A stretch of DNA of 64,000 nucleotides from an uncultured Clostridia bacterium (GTDB taxonomy: Bacteria; Bacillota; Clostridia; TANB77; CAG-465), in assembly GCA_947632635.1 (NCBI GenBank), contig CANRQA010000001.1, forward strand, positions 44,809-108,808, in the 5' to 3' direction. Below the pieces are notes generated by a model that ran no database searches, was not told where the DNA came from, and saw only the letters and a program-made list of their open reading frames with translations. A program made the position numbers and the translations under genes. How positions within the stretch are numbered: the stretch's first letter is position 1; each line of letters opens with the position of its first letter. Shown here piece after piece: positions 1-11,421 of the stretch.

Positions 1-13
1 CATTTTTGACGTT

Positions 14-247
14 GTGTATAACACAAGAAAGGGAGATTTAATTAAGGAATGTAATATATCTATGTATAAAGAGGAATATATTGGATATAACTGTCTATCA
101 CTTGCTTTAGGAAGAGTTTTTGGATATTTGTCAATGTTAGTTATATCCTTTACAAATGACATAATATATTTTAAAATGCTTTTAGCATTTGTCACATTAT
201 TTGCGCCACTATTTTGTTATTTTATATTTAAGTCGACAAAAGAATAG
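14..247 (+). CDS. partial ORF at window edge; hydrophobic C-terminal part of a membrane protein that may begin upstream
   Basis: ORF open to the window start, hydrophobic segments, no recognisable motif. Confidence 0.2.
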   Translation: MYNTRKGDLIKECNISMYKEEYIGYNCLSLALGRVFGYLSMLVISFTNDIIYFKMLLAFVTLFAPLFCYFIFKSTKE

Positions 248-524
248 ATTTAAAACAAAAATAAAATCTGTTGTATATATTTTATAAAGTTAAATAGTAT
301 GAAAAAATATAAGAAAATGCTTGAAAAAAGATGATGTATATAGTAAAATAAGCTTGTAAGCGTAGATTTAAAATAATATGTAAATGAGAGGAGTGATAAA
401 TATTAGAACATTATATATGCTATGAGCTAAAAAATGCAAAAAATATTAAAAAACCAGTGTTTAGGATTTAGATGATATTCTAATATTGGTATTTTGTGTA
501 CAAAAATGAAAGTAGGGGAAGAAA

Positions 525-1304
525 ATGAAAGAAAATAATAAAAAAGGGATAAGTCGAATAACAGTAATATTAATAATAATGATAATACTTATATGTGTTG
601 CAGTAGGAATATTTGTTTTAAATAAATTTAATCATACTAACTACGATAAAAATGATGTAAACAACAATCCTAATGTTAATGAATCTTCATCTAATGCAAC
701 TTTATGGGATGAATATGAAATTGTTATAGATGGTATTAGCATTAAGCTTCCGATGACATATCAGGAATTTCTTAATAAAGGATTTTATCAAGAAGCAGCT
801 TATAGTACAGAAGTAACTGGAATTGATATTTCATCTTATAAATTAGAACCAGATCTAAGCATGGAGACAGCTTTACCAATGTTGGGATATGCTACATTTA
901 CAAATGGAAAAACAGATAATATATCTATAGTCGTTTATAATCCAACAAATGAACAAAAATTGATAAGTGAGTCTTATGTCGTTGGAATTTCTCTAAAAGT
1001 AGAACCAAGATTTGGTGACATTACTATAGGAGAATTTAAGATAAAAAATAATACTAGAAAAACTGAAATTATAATGAATAAAAGCACAGTAGACCAAATT
1101 AGCGAATTATTTGGTGATAAACATTATATATATCGTAATGAGAATGAATTTACATATCTTCCAGACAAAAATGGAGATGGAATAATAAACACTAAAGATG
1201 TAGATGGTAAAAAAATGCTATATTTATATTGTGATAGTGATACTAATATTTTAATTCCTAATAATTTTTTATATAACAATTTTGGAGATTTACAAAGACA
1301 ATAA
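525..1304 (+). CDS. hypothetical membrane-anchored/secreted protein (single N-terminal TM helix)
   Basis: 259-aa ORF, G-rich RBS (GGGGAAG) 5-6 nt upstream of ATG, N-terminal hydrophobic helix then soluble domain; no family recognised. Confidence 0.5.
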   Translation: MKENNKKGISRITVILIIMIILICVAVGIFVLNKFNHTNYDKNDVNNNPNVNESSSNATLWDEYEIVIDGISIKLPMTYQEFLNKGFYQEAAYSTEVTGIDISSYKLEPDLSMETALPMLGYATFTNGKTDNISIVVYNPTNEQKLISESYVVGISLKVEPRFGDITIGEFKIKNNTRKTEIIMNKSTVDQISELFGDKHYIYRNENEFTYLPDKNGDGIINTKDVDGKKMLYLYCDSDTNILIPNNFLYNNFGDLQRQ

Positions 1305-1500
1305 AATATAAAAACATACAAATAACTATAACTATAAAGATATACAAAATAATAAATAATTGATACAGTAAATGTAAAATTGGTAAGGAATAAATATGTA
1401 AAATAAATAATAAAAGTAATCGTCTAAACTATTATTTTTAATCAAGTTTTGTGCCTATATAGACGTAGAGTTATGGAGGCAAAGAAAGGAATGTAAAAAA

Positions 1501-1977
1501 ATGGATGGAATGGAAATACAACCAATTGCTTTATTAATAAGTTTTTTAATTTGGCTAGATATTGATATAATTGTTTGTAAAAATTTTTACAAAAAAAAAT
1601 ATAAGACAAAAGCAGACAAAATTAGAGATATAGCTAGAGCTAAAGGAAATTATGTAGTTGGAAGAGAAATAAAATCAAAATATTATTCCTCATGGACAGA
1701 TGATAATGGTAGATATAATGAACATAAGTATAAAGTAATTTATGAATATATAGTTGACGGTAAAAAATATACAAAGAAATTATATTATAAAAATAGAGGT
1801 TATCCACATGAACAAAATATTTATTATAAAGCTGGAAATCCTAGGAATTCAATTGCTGAGACTGAATCAAAAAAAGGGTTTATTTATATAATATTACAAC
1901 TATGTCCTTTTCTTTCTGTATTTGTAGGAATACCAATTTTAGCAAGAATAATTACAATTATAATTAATATGTTTTAA
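1501..1977 (+). CDS. hypothetical membrane protein (N- and C-terminal TM helices flanking a beta-rich domain, DUF3592-like architecture)
   Basis: 158-aa ORF with AAGGAA RBS; topology only. Confidence 0.4.
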   Translation: MDGMEIQPIALLISFLIWLDIDIIVCKNFYKKKYKTKADKIRDIARAKGNYVVGREIKSKYYSSWTDDNGRYNEHKYKVIYEYIVDGKKYTKKLYYKNRGYPHEQNIYYKAGNPRNSIAETESKKGFIYIILQLCPFLSVFVGIPILARIITIIINMF

Positions 1978-1995
1978 AGTATAAAAGAGGAAAAT

Positions 1996-3129
1996 ATGAA
2001 AAAAATATTAAATAAAAATAATATAAAATACTATTTAATTTTTTATATAATTGTTGAATTGATATCTAGATTTACTTTGATAAGGGGAATAATAAATTAT
2101 ATATATGCTTTCCTTTATATGTCAATAAAATCTCCAAATTTTGAAACTTTTATCAAAGTTATCGTGGTTTTAATAATAATGTTAATTCTATGGATGTTAT
2201 CATTTATAATTATGACATTACCTGTTACAATTTTTTTATTGGCAAGAAAAACAGCTGATATCAGTCAAGAAATACAAAATAGAAAATATACCTCAAGAGA
2301 GAATGTAATATATTTTAGAGAAAAGCTAAATAATATATCACCAACAACTATGAGTTTAGTGCAAAATTTAAAAATTGAAGAAGAAAAAGATTTGACAGCG
2401 ACTATAATGAAATTGCAATTAAATAAAAATATATCAATAGAAAATGATAATATAAAACTATTGTCTAATGACGTGACAGAGTTAACTTCTAATGAAAGAC
2501 GTTTATTTTATATCTTAACAAGTGAAAAAATTAATAAAAAACAAATTGAAGGTTGGAAAGAGGTCGCATTAGAAGAAGCAAAAAATCAGGGGTATATTGA
2601 GGACAAGAATCCAACTAAAGGCCTCGTAATAAAAAAGATTATTTTATTTTTAGTATTTATTGTCTTTATTTTAGGGCTTAAATATTTTAAAACCAGTGTT
2701 ACAACTTTTGTAGACGAACTTGAGCATATGGGTATAACTGAAGAAATGCAAATAGATGAAATAGCAGGAACTGAAGAATTTGATTTTCTTATTAATGGAT
2801 TACTGCAATCTTTTGCTTGTATTATATGTATTATAGGAATGCTTGGATGGCCAATATTTTATACAGTTTACATAATAAGGCATCAAAACAAAAACAATTC
2901 TTTAAAAAGAACTCCTAAGGGAGAACAACTTACGGATGAAATATTAGGAATGAAAAGATTCATTCATGATTTTAGCATGATGGATAGTGCTGATAAAGAA
3001 TCAATAGTATTATGGGATGACTTTTTAGTATATGCAATTGTGTTAGAAGAAAATAAAAAAATAATAGATGAAATTTTAACTCTAAAAAATATAAAAAATT
3101 ATGATAGTCGATTAATTATCAAAGAATAA
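1996..3129 (+). CDS. hypothetical polytopic membrane protein
   Basis: 377-aa ORF, RBS AAGAGGAAAA, several hydrophobic helices at N- and C-terminus around a soluble central region. Confidence 0.45.
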   Translation: MKKILNKNNIKYYLIFYIIVELISRFTLIRGIINYIYAFLYMSIKSPNFETFIKVIVVLIIMLILWMLSFIIMTLPVTIFLLARKTADISQEIQNRKYTSRENVIYFREKLNNISPTTMSLVQNLKIEEEKDLTATIMKLQLNKNISIENDNIKLLSNDVTELTSNERRLFYILTSEKINKKQIEGWKEVALEEAKNQGYIEDKNPTKGLVIKKIILFLVFIVFILGLKYFKTSVTTFVDELEHMGITEEMQIDEIAGTEEFDFLINGLLQSFACIICIIGMLGWPIFYTVYIIRHQNKNNSLKRTPKGEQLTDEILGMKRFIHDFSMMDSADKESIVLWDDFLVYAIVLEENKKIIDEILTLKNIKNYDSRLIIKE

Positions 3130-3203
3130 TATAATCAAGAATTAGTATGATATGTATTGGTATAATGATATGACTTAGTAATTGAAAAATAATGTTAAAG
3201 ATG

Positions 3204-3240
3204 AAAATAGCACTTTCTAAAATAAAAGTGCTATTTTGCT
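3204..3240. terminator. bidirectional rho-independent terminator between convergent genes
   Basis: inverted repeat AAAATAGCACTTT/AAAGTGCTATTTT with A/T runs on both sides. Confidence 0.5.
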
Positions 3241-3260
3241 ATTCATTTTTCTTAAGCAGA

Positions 3261-3719
3261 TTATTTTAAATATGCAATAGTTACACCATAACTTCCCTCA
3301 TAATAATCACCAAGGCGAAACTCCTTCACAAAAGGAGATTTTTTTAAATAATCATGTACACCATTTCTTAACACGCCACCATGTCTACCATGAATTATTT
3401 TTATCTGTTTGCAGTGATGAGAAATCGCATCATATATATATTTATCAAGATTTATTATTGCTTCTTCTAAATGTTGATGTCTAAGCATAATTTCTGGTAT
3501 AAATTCAGTATTATTCGTTTTAAAGGTTATTTCTATGTTATTTTTGTTACTATTTATATCTTTATCTAGTTTTTTTAGATTTGATATATTAGTATAAATA
3601 GTTTTATCATTTGATTTTACATAACACATATTATTATCACAAATTTTAGTGATATATCCTGTTATATTTAAATTAGATATATGAACATAATCGTTAATAT
3701 TAAACATTTTTGCCTCCAA
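3261..3719 (-). CDS. Smr (small MutS-related) domain protein
   Basis: C-terminal region ...HLEEAI...LDKYIYDA...IKIIHGRHGGVLRNGVHDYLKK matches the Smr domain pattern; N-terminal domain unknown. Confidence 0.55.
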   Translation of the reverse strand: MEAKMFNINDYVHISNLNITGYITKICDNNMCYVKSNDKTIYTNISNLKKLDKDINSNKNNIEITFKTNNTEFIPEIMLRHQHLEEAIINLDKYIYDAISHHCKQIKIIHGRHGGVLRNGVHDYLKKSPFVKEFRLGDYYEGSYGVTIAYLK

Positions 3720-3820
3720 ATTATATATAATTATATCACAAATATTATGTTTTGTCTAATATTGCAAATACACTTAAATTATAGTATAATATTAAAAGAT
3801 TGAGAGGAAAAAAGAAACTT

Positions 3821-5629
3821 ATGAATAAACAAAAAAATATACGAAACTTTAGTATAATAGCACATATTGACCATGGTAAATCAACACTTGCAGATAGGTT
3901 ACTTCAACTTACAGGAAGTGTTGAAAAAAGAGAATTAAAAGAGCAATTACTTGATAATATGGACATCGAAAGGGAAAGAGGAATAACAATAAAATCTCAA
4001 GCAGTTAGAATGAAATATAAAGCAAAAGACGGAGAAGAATATATACTTAATTTAATAGATACACCCGGACACGTTGACTTTAATTATGAAGTATCAAGGT
4101 CACTTGCTGCCTGTGAGGGAGCTATACTTGTTGTTGATGCAGCTCAAGGAGTAGAAGCTCAAACACTTGCAAATGTATATTTAGCATTAGATAATAATTT
4201 AGAAATTTTACCAGTTATAAATAAAATAGACTTACCAAGTGCAAGACCTGATGAAGTAAAAAAAGAAATTGAAGATATAATAGGACTTGATAGTAGTAAT
4301 GCACCATGTATATCTGCAAAAACTGGTTTAAATGTTGAGGAAGTATTAGAAGATATAGTAAAAAATATACCTGCACCACAAGGAGATATTTCAAAGCCTC
4401 TTTCTGCCCTTATATTTGACTCTGTATATGATAATTACAAAGGTGCAGTTGCTTTTGTAAGAATAATGGATGGTAGTATAAAAAAAGGTGATGTTATATT
4501 TACCATGTCAAATAACAAAGAATATGAAGTAGTTGAAGTAGGATATTTTAAACCGGGAGGATATGTAGAAACAGAAGAATTAACCTCTGGTGAAGTAGGA
4601 TATGTATGTGCAAGTATAAAAAAGGTATCAGACATAAGAGTAGGAGATACAATCACATTAAAGAAAAATCCAGTAAGCTCACCTTTAAAAGGATACAAAG
4701 AAGTAAAATCAATGGTTTATGCTGGAATATTTCCAGCAGATGGCTCTGATTATAAAGAACTAAAAGAAGCAATAGAAAAACTTAAATTAAATGACGCCTC
4801 TTTAACTTATGAGCTTGAATCATCAACAGCTTTAGGACACGGCTTTAGATGTGGCTTTTTAGGGTTATTACATATGGAAATAATTGAAGAAAGACTAGAA
4901 AGAGAATATAACTTAAACTTAATTACAACAGCCCCTTCAGTAATATATAAAGTTCATAAAACAAATGGTGAGGTTATATCGCTATATAACCCCTCAGAAC
5001 TACCAATGCCACAAGAAATTGCATTTATCGAAGAACCAATTGCAAGAACACAGATAATAGCACCAAAGGAATATGTAGGAAATATAATGGAATTATGCGA
5101 AAATAGACGTGGTGAATATTTGAATATGAAATATATTGATGAGTCACGTGTAACACTTGAGTATTTTCTACCATTAAATGAAATAATATATGATTTTTTT
5201 AATAGCTTAAAATCACGAACTAAAGGATATGCCTCATTTGATTATGAGATAGAAAAATATCAAAAATCAAATTTAGTAAAACTAGATATTTTATTAAATA
5301 ACGAAGTAGTAGATGCCCTATCTTTTATTGTAAATAGAGAAAATGCTGAAACAAGAGGAAGAAAAATGGCAGAAAAACTTAAAAATATTATTCCAAGACA
5401 GTTATTTGAAGTACCAATTCAAGCAGCAATTGGTGGAAAAATAATAGCAAGGGAAACCGTAAAAGCAATGCGTAAAGATGTACTTGCAAAATGCTATGGT
5501 GGAGATATTACAAGAAAGAAAAAATTACTTGAAAAACAAAAAGAGGGAAAAAAGAAAATGCGAAAGATAGGAACTATAGAATTACCACAAGATGCATTTA
5601 TGAGTGTACTAAAACTTGATGATGATTAG
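3821..5629 (+). CDS. lepA: elongation factor 4 (LepA)
   Basis: N-terminus [23 protein letters not shown], GTPase motifs DTPGHVDF and NKID, typical LepA C-terminus; start chosen at ATG 3821 (the ORF track extends to a TTG at 3800). Confidence 0.95.
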   Translation: MNKQKNIRNFSIIAHIDHGKSTLADRLLQLTGSVEKRELKEQLLDNMDIERERGITIKSQAVRMKYKAKDGEEYILNLIDTPGHVDFNYEVSRSLAACEGAILVVDAAQGVEAQTLANVYLALDNNLEILPVINKIDLPSARPDEVKKEIEDIIGLDSSNAPCISAKTGLNVEEVLEDIVKNIPAPQGDISKPLSALIFDSVYDNYKGAVAFVRIMDGSIKKGDVIFTMSNNKEYEVVEVGYFKPGGYVETEELTSGEVGYVCASIKKVSDIRVGDTITLKKNPVSSPLKGYKEVKSMVYAGIFPADGSDYKELKEAIEKLKLNDASLTYELESSTALGHGFRCGFLGLLHMEIIEERLEREYNLNLITTAPSVIYKVHKTNGEVISLYNPSELPMPQEIAFIEEPIARTQIIAPKEYVGNIMELCENRRGEYLNMKYIDESRVTLEYFLPLNEIIYDFFNSLKSRTKGYASFDYEIEKYQKSNLVKLDILLNNEVVDALSFIVNRENAETRGRKMAEKLKNIIPRQLFEVPIQAAIGGKIIARETVKAMRKDVLAKCYGGDITRKKKLLEKQKEGKKKMRKIGTIELPQDAFMSVLKLDDD

Positions 5630-5669
5630 AATTATTAAATATATAAAAATTTAAGGAGAGAATAAATAT

Positions 5670-6419
5670 ATGGGATTTGTTTATGGAAAAAATCCAGTTT
5701 TAGAAGTTATAAAATCAAACGACAAAACTATAAATAAAATATATATACAAAGTAAAAACAAGGAACTTATAGAAATAAGAAAACTTGCAAAAGAAAAAAG
5801 AATAGTAGTAGTTGAAGCCGATAAATTAAAACTTGATAAAATGATTACCTTAGAAAACGAAAAATTAAAAAATTCACAAGGTGTTGTTGCAAGTGTTACA
5901 GATTACAAATATTATGAAGTAGATGATATATTAGAATATGCCAAAGAAAAAAATGAGCCTCCATTTATCGTTATATTAGATAAGATAGAAGACCCACACA
6001 ATTTAGGCGCTATAATTCGTACAGCAGAATGTATGGGAGTTCATGGAATTATTATAAAAAATCGCAATGCGTGTCAAGTTACAGATACTGTTGAAAAAGT
6101 TGCAGCAGGTGCTTGTTCATATTTAAGAGTTGCAAGAGTTACAAATATCACAGAAACGATTAAATACTTAAAAGATAAGGGCTTATGGGTATATGGACTT
6201 GATATGGACGGGGAGTCTAATATCTATGATACAAAACTAAATGGCGCAATAGCTTTAGTTATAGGTAATGAGGGAGATGGAATTTCAAGACTTGTTAAAG
6301 AAAATTGTGATGTTATATTAAAAATTCCAATGACTGGTAAAATTAATTCACTTAATGCTTCTGTTAGTAGTGCAATTAGTATTTATGAGGTTATAAGACA
6401 AAAAAATAAAGAGATATAA
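5670..6419 (+). CDS. rlmB: SpoU/TrmH-family RNA 2'-O-methyltransferase, RlmB-like
   Basis: SpoU methylase signatures (LDKIEDPHNLGAIIRTAE, GNEGDGIS, SLNASVSSAI). Confidence 0.75.
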   Translation: MGFVYGKNPVLEVIKSNDKTINKIYIQSKNKELIEIRKLAKEKRIVVVEADKLKLDKMITLENEKLKNSQGVVASVTDYKYYEVDDILEYAKEKNEPPFIVILDKIEDPHNLGAIIRTAECMGVHGIIIKNRNACQVTDTVEKVAAGACSYLRVARVTNITETIKYLKDKGLWVYGLDMDGESNIYDTKLNGAIALVIGNEGDGISRLVKENCDVILKIPMTGKINSLNASVSSAISIYEVIRQKNKEI

Positions 6420-6429
6420 AGGTGATTTA

Positions 6430-8743
6430 ATGGAAAATAAAAATTTTGAGTTACTTGCACCAGCAGGAAACTATGACTCATTTATAGCTTCTTGCAATGC
6501 ACGGAACTGATGCAATATATATGGGAGTAAGTAGCTTTAATGCTCGTATAATGGCAGAAAATTTTGATATAGAAAAATATATTGAGTGTATTGAATATGC
6601 TCATTTAAGAGGAATAAAAGTATATCTTACACTTAATACACTAATTAACACTCAAGATATAAAAGAAGCATTAGATATTGTAATAAAACTTTATTCAAAA
6701 GGGCTTGACGCGGTTATTTTGCAAGATATTGGACTTGCCTCTTTAATTCATGAAATAATGCCAGATTTAAAACTTCATGCTAGTACACAAATGAGTATAT
6801 ATTCACTTGAACAAGTAAAACTTATGGATAAGATAGGTTTTTCACGTGTTGTACTTGCAAGGGAGTTAACATTAGAGGAAATAGAGTATATATGTAAAAA
6901 TACAAATTTAGAAATAGAAGTTTTTGTGCATGGAGCACTATGTGTTTCTATGTCAGGGCAGTGTCTATTAAGTAGTATTATAGGAAAAAGAAGTGCAAAT
7001 AGAGGTAATTGTGCTCAAACTTGCAGAATGAAGTATAGTTTGCATGACAAAAAAGGAAATGCAGTTTGTAAAGATACATATTTATTAAGTAAAAAAGATA
7101 TATATGGCTTAGAGTATTTAGAAAAACTAAAAAAAGCAGGTGTATATTCTTTTAAAATTGAGGGAAGAAATAAAAATGCAGAGTATGTATATGCAGTAAC
7201 TAAAATTTATAACAAGTATTTAAATAAAAAGCAAGATGTTCAAGATAGTGACAAATATGTATTAAAACAAATATTTAATCGTGACGGACAAGATACAGGG
7301 TATTTAAGTGGAGTTAGGTATAAGGAAACTATAACATTAAATTCTCCCAAAAATACGGGTATTTGCATTGGTACGGTTAAAGAAGTATATGGTAAATATG
7401 TTAAATTAAAAGTACAAAATGCAAGTATTGTACTTCACGACGGTATTGAAATATATTCAAAAGGGGACATTGTATCAAATATTGTTACTTGTATAAAAGA
7501 TGAAAATGGAAATATAACAAATAAAGAGGCAAATATAGGTAAATATGTATGGCTTGGAGATATTCCAAAGAAAGTTTTAATTGGAAGTAAAATATACAAA
7601 ACATCAAGTAGTAGCTTAAACTTAGAATTAAAACATAAGTCTATTAAAAACATTAATAGAAGAAAAGTAGATGTTAATATAAATATTTTAGAGAGTAAAA
7701 ATATAACTGTTGATATATTTAAGTATAATATTCATATAGATTTTAGTTATATACCAGAAAAAGCAAAAACTAAAGAGTTAACAGAAGATGAAGTTAAAGT
7801 ACAGTTTAGCAAGACTAATGATACAGCCTTTGAATTTATTACAAATATTAATCTTGATACAAATCTTTTTGTTCCAATATCAAAATTAAATGAATTACGT
7901 AGAGAAGTTATCTTAAAACTTACAGAATATTTTAGGGTAAACCTAAATATTAATGATTATTATTTAAAGTGTAATGATGTATTAAAAAGAAAGGATAATA
8001 TTATTAATAATTTAAAGGTTAAATCTAACAATTTAACAAATACTTACTATATATATTCGTATAAACAAAATATAGATTATATAAACGAATATACTAAAAG
8101 ATATAACGGAAAAGTGCAAGTGTTATATATAAATATAGCAGATTACATAAAATATAAAGAGGACATTATATCAAAATATTTTGGGAAAGTACAAGTATAT
8201 CTATATATACAAAATTATATAGGAAACAATTTAAGCAAAATTATTAATAATAATTTAGAAAGTTATATAAAAGATGGGATAGACGGTATATTACTTGGTA
8301 CAACACAGTTTTTGAAGTTATGTAGTACTTTAAAAAAGGAATATAATATTAAACTTGTTATTGATTATTCATTTAATATAACTAATGACTATTCTGCGTT
8401 ATTTTATTTAAAATACGGTGTAGATGTAATAACGCCGTCTGTTGAACTTGAAGATGAAGATATATTAAAATTATCTAAAAATTTTAATATAGAGTGTGTT
8501 AAAAATATCATAACAGTTATGACTTCTAGGTATTGTATTTTAGGTAGTTTTATTGAGGGAAGAGAGCAAAATAAAGCTTGTAGTAAGCCTTGTATAAAAA
8601 ATTCATATTATATAACGGATAAAAATAACGCTAAATATCAAATTATTTGTGATAACATAGATTGCATAATGAGAATTGTTAAACAAAGAAGAGAAGATAA
8701 ACTATCATATAATATAAAACGTATAAGAAGATGTATAATATAA
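6430..8743 (+). pseudogene. U32-family peptidase (collagenase-like, long C-terminal extension) with an apparent +1 frameshift after about codon 19
   Basis: ATG 6430 with AAAGGTGA RBS encodes MENKNFELLAPAGNYDSFIAS then stops at 6508; the canonical continuation LAMHGTDAIYMGVSSFNARIMAENF... is in the +1 frame from 6491. Cys-rich U32 core (CVSMSGQCLLSS, GNCAQTCR) present downstream. Confidence 0.75.
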
Positions 8744-8750
8744 TATAAAA

Positions 8751-8786
8751 TAGTAGCTAACCTTATTTTTAGCTACTATTTTTTGC
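8751..8786 (+). terminator. rho-independent terminator after U32 peptidase gene
   Basis: TAGTAGCT...AGCTACTA stem followed by TTTTTTG. Confidence 0.6.
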
Positions 8787-9972
8787 ACTTATTATTTCAT
8801 TTTTTAAGATATTTTCAAAAGTTATTGATTAGACTATTCTAATTTAATTAAAATTAGAGATTCAAAATATCCGGCAGCAAGGTCGCGCGAATTGTATGAG
8901 GCACATGAGCGGAAAGTTGAAACCGCAACTAACTATTTAGATGAGTTAGATGCGGTTTGCACTGTACTCAGTATTGCGGATGATATAATCATTTTACCCG
9001 TGAAAGAAATAAAAAAAGCGATTGGAGGTGCGGAATACAGTAGGATAGATTATAAAGGTAAGTTCGTGAAACTATGGCTAGTACAAAAATTTGGACAAAA
9101 AGACCAATGGATATTAAGTATGGCACCACTTAAGGTACTATAATGGAAAAAGGCGTTAGAGTAGTAAAATATTCTGATGCCTTTTTACTTTATTATGGTA
9201 TTTTTAAAATTCTTAATAAATTTACATATATTATTTACTTTTTAAGATGTTTGTAGAATTAATTATTTAAGTAATAGTATTTTTTAACCAATAATGAAAA
9301 CAAAGTAAAGAAGAAAAATACTATATAAGTAATCTAAAATTGTCAGAGAAGAATTTGGGAAAATAACAAGAAAGCATTGGCAAACAGTAAACAACTTACA
9401 CTAGGTATTAGATGTATATTTTAAAGATGGTTTATCTACTGCAAGAAATCGAATGCAATACATAATTTTTTATTATTAAGGAAGATATGTTACAATTTAA
9501 TAAAATTCGATGATTCAGTAAAAAGAAAAGAAATTAATAAAAGAGTGATGTATTACAATAATGATTTGGATAATTAAAAAGGGTTAATATTTGAAATTTA
9601 TCCAAATACTAACCAAATTTAAAAATATACAAGTAGATAAATATAGTTACAGTTCAGTAAGAAAATATTATCGAGTTATTTATTTATATAGCTTAATTTA
9701 ATGGATCTTATAAAATTATATTTTTAAATTAGAAACATAAAATATAAAAATTATAAATTCAGTAAAGCCAATGTTTTAAAGAATTTTTAATATTTATACA
9801 TTTCCTTATAGAATTTTATAAATCACTTTATGTCAATGGTTGTTCTTGCTAAACTGTAACATTTTTATGGTCGCGCTAGATAATGTAAAAAAGTACTTGA
9901 ATAAATTTTTTATTAGTTATATAATATTGCTGTATACTAATTTGAGATAGTATTTTAAGGGAGGTTGTACAT

Positions 9973-10110
9973 ATGAAAAAGATAGAAACTAGAGAAAACG
10001 ATTTAGAGGCACCTAGAGACAGGCTGGAAGCATTGTTAAGGTTGATACTTTATTGCTTGGTAATAGGATTTACAGCTGTCATAGTACTTCTATTAATAGT
10101 ATTGAAATAA
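9973..10110 (+). CDS. small 45-aa ORF encoding a charged N-terminus plus one TM helix (MKKIETRENDLEAPRDRLEALLRLILYCLVIGFTAVIVLLLIVLK)
   Basis: strong RBS AAGGGAGG 8 nt upstream of ATG; upstream TTGAAT-N17-TATAAT promoter (9896-9924); sits in a ~1.9 kb stretch otherwise free of ORFs. Confidence 0.35.
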   Translation: MKKIETRENDLEAPRDRLEALLRLILYCLVIGFTAVIVLLLIVLK

Positions 10111-10791
10111 TTTTAGACCTTTTTATTAAAAGGAAGAAAATAAAAAAGTAAATTCTATTTTTTTAAATTTGCTTTTTTTGTTTATTTATGTTATAATAAA
10201 ATGGATGTGGCGCAGTATTCTAGTCAAAAAACCATATGCAAAGGTGGGCCTAAAAATCCATCACAGGACATATCGTTGAAACTTTGTGTATTTGCTTTTA
10301 TCGCCCAGATGAGGGCTTTTACATGATGAAAGAAATTAAGGTGCAGTTGCAATGGCATGTAGTGTAGTGCCTTTTTTTCGGGAGGCATCATAGTATAATA
10401 TAATATAATATTGTATGATGAAAACCTAATATTAGAGAGTACTAATATTAGTCGTAGTCTGTCGTGAGTGAAAGTAGCGAATAAGACGTTAAGTATATAT
10501 ATTTTTATTTGGCCAAATAATATATATACTTGTTTTTGAAATTACTATTGCAAAAGCGAATAAGCATATGGCAAGATTTGTTTGGGAAAGCCTCTAGACT
10601 GTTGTTAATCAGATGTATTGGGGATTATAGTGTGGACTAAGTGGTAATCAAGTCACTTTAAAGTTATCTATTTTAAAAGGAAACTGCCACAAGGTAACAA
10701 GTGGTAATAGATAGGGAAAACCTACTTGACCTAAGCCGCAAAATTTACTTAATACATTGCCAACATCTACTATATAAAGGAGTAAATAAAA

Positions 10792-11421
10792 TTGGAACAT
10801 AATGGCAGTAATGATTATCACTCGAAAGAGGAAAAAACGGGGATAGAAAAAGTTGAACAAAAAGAAAGAAATGCAAGTAAAAAGCAAAAACAACAAAAGA
10901 AGAACAAATGGGTATATATTATATTCATAATAACATTTATCTTATCGCTTATCTTTGGCATAATATCCAATGTTTTAATTGTAAAGATTAATATATTTAT
11001 TGCAGTTATAATACTTGTAATAATAGTGCTAATAGGTATTTTATTTGATATGATAGGTATGTCAGTAGTAAGTTGCAATGTTGCAACTTTTCATTCAATG
11101 GCCTCAAAAAAAAGGAAGGGAGCAAAAGAAGCTATTAGATTATCTAAATATTCAGACAAAGTATCTAGTGTTTGTAATGATGTAATAGGAGATGTGTGCG
11201 GTGTAATATCTGGTGCGGTTAGCGCGATGCTTGCTACACGATTTGCACAAACTTTCTCACTTAATGCTATTGCCACAAGTTTATTGCTTGGAGCTTTAGT
11301 TGCATCGTTTACTGTGTTTGGTAAGGCAATAGGAAAAACAATATCTGCAAGAAATGCTGATAAAATAATCTATAGTGTTGGGAAAATTATGAATATTTTT
11401 CTACCAGTAAAAAATAAATAA
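10792..11421 (+). CDS. hypothetical membrane protein, weakly resembling a CNNM/DUF21-type transmembrane domain without CBS domains
   Basis: 209-aa ORF, RBS AAAGGAG, Lys-rich N-terminus then hydrophobic helices; family assignment tentative. Confidence 0.4.
   Translation: MEHNGSNDYHSKEEKTGIEKVEQKERNASKKQKQQKKNKWVYIIFIITFILSLIFGIISNVLIVKINIFIAVIILVIIVLIGILFDMIGMSVVSCNVATFHSMASKKRKGAKEAIRLSKYSDKVSSVCNDVIGDVCGVISGAVSAMLATRFAQTFSLNAIATSLLLGALVASFTVFGKAIGKTISARNADKIIYSVGKIMNIFLPVKNK

Noticed and set aside
8892-9143. 83-aa ORF in the GC-rich island as a protein-coding gene
   Set aside because: No RBS, no recognisable domain, and it sits in a region better explained as structured RNA or a decayed fragment. 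Kept only as part of a finding.
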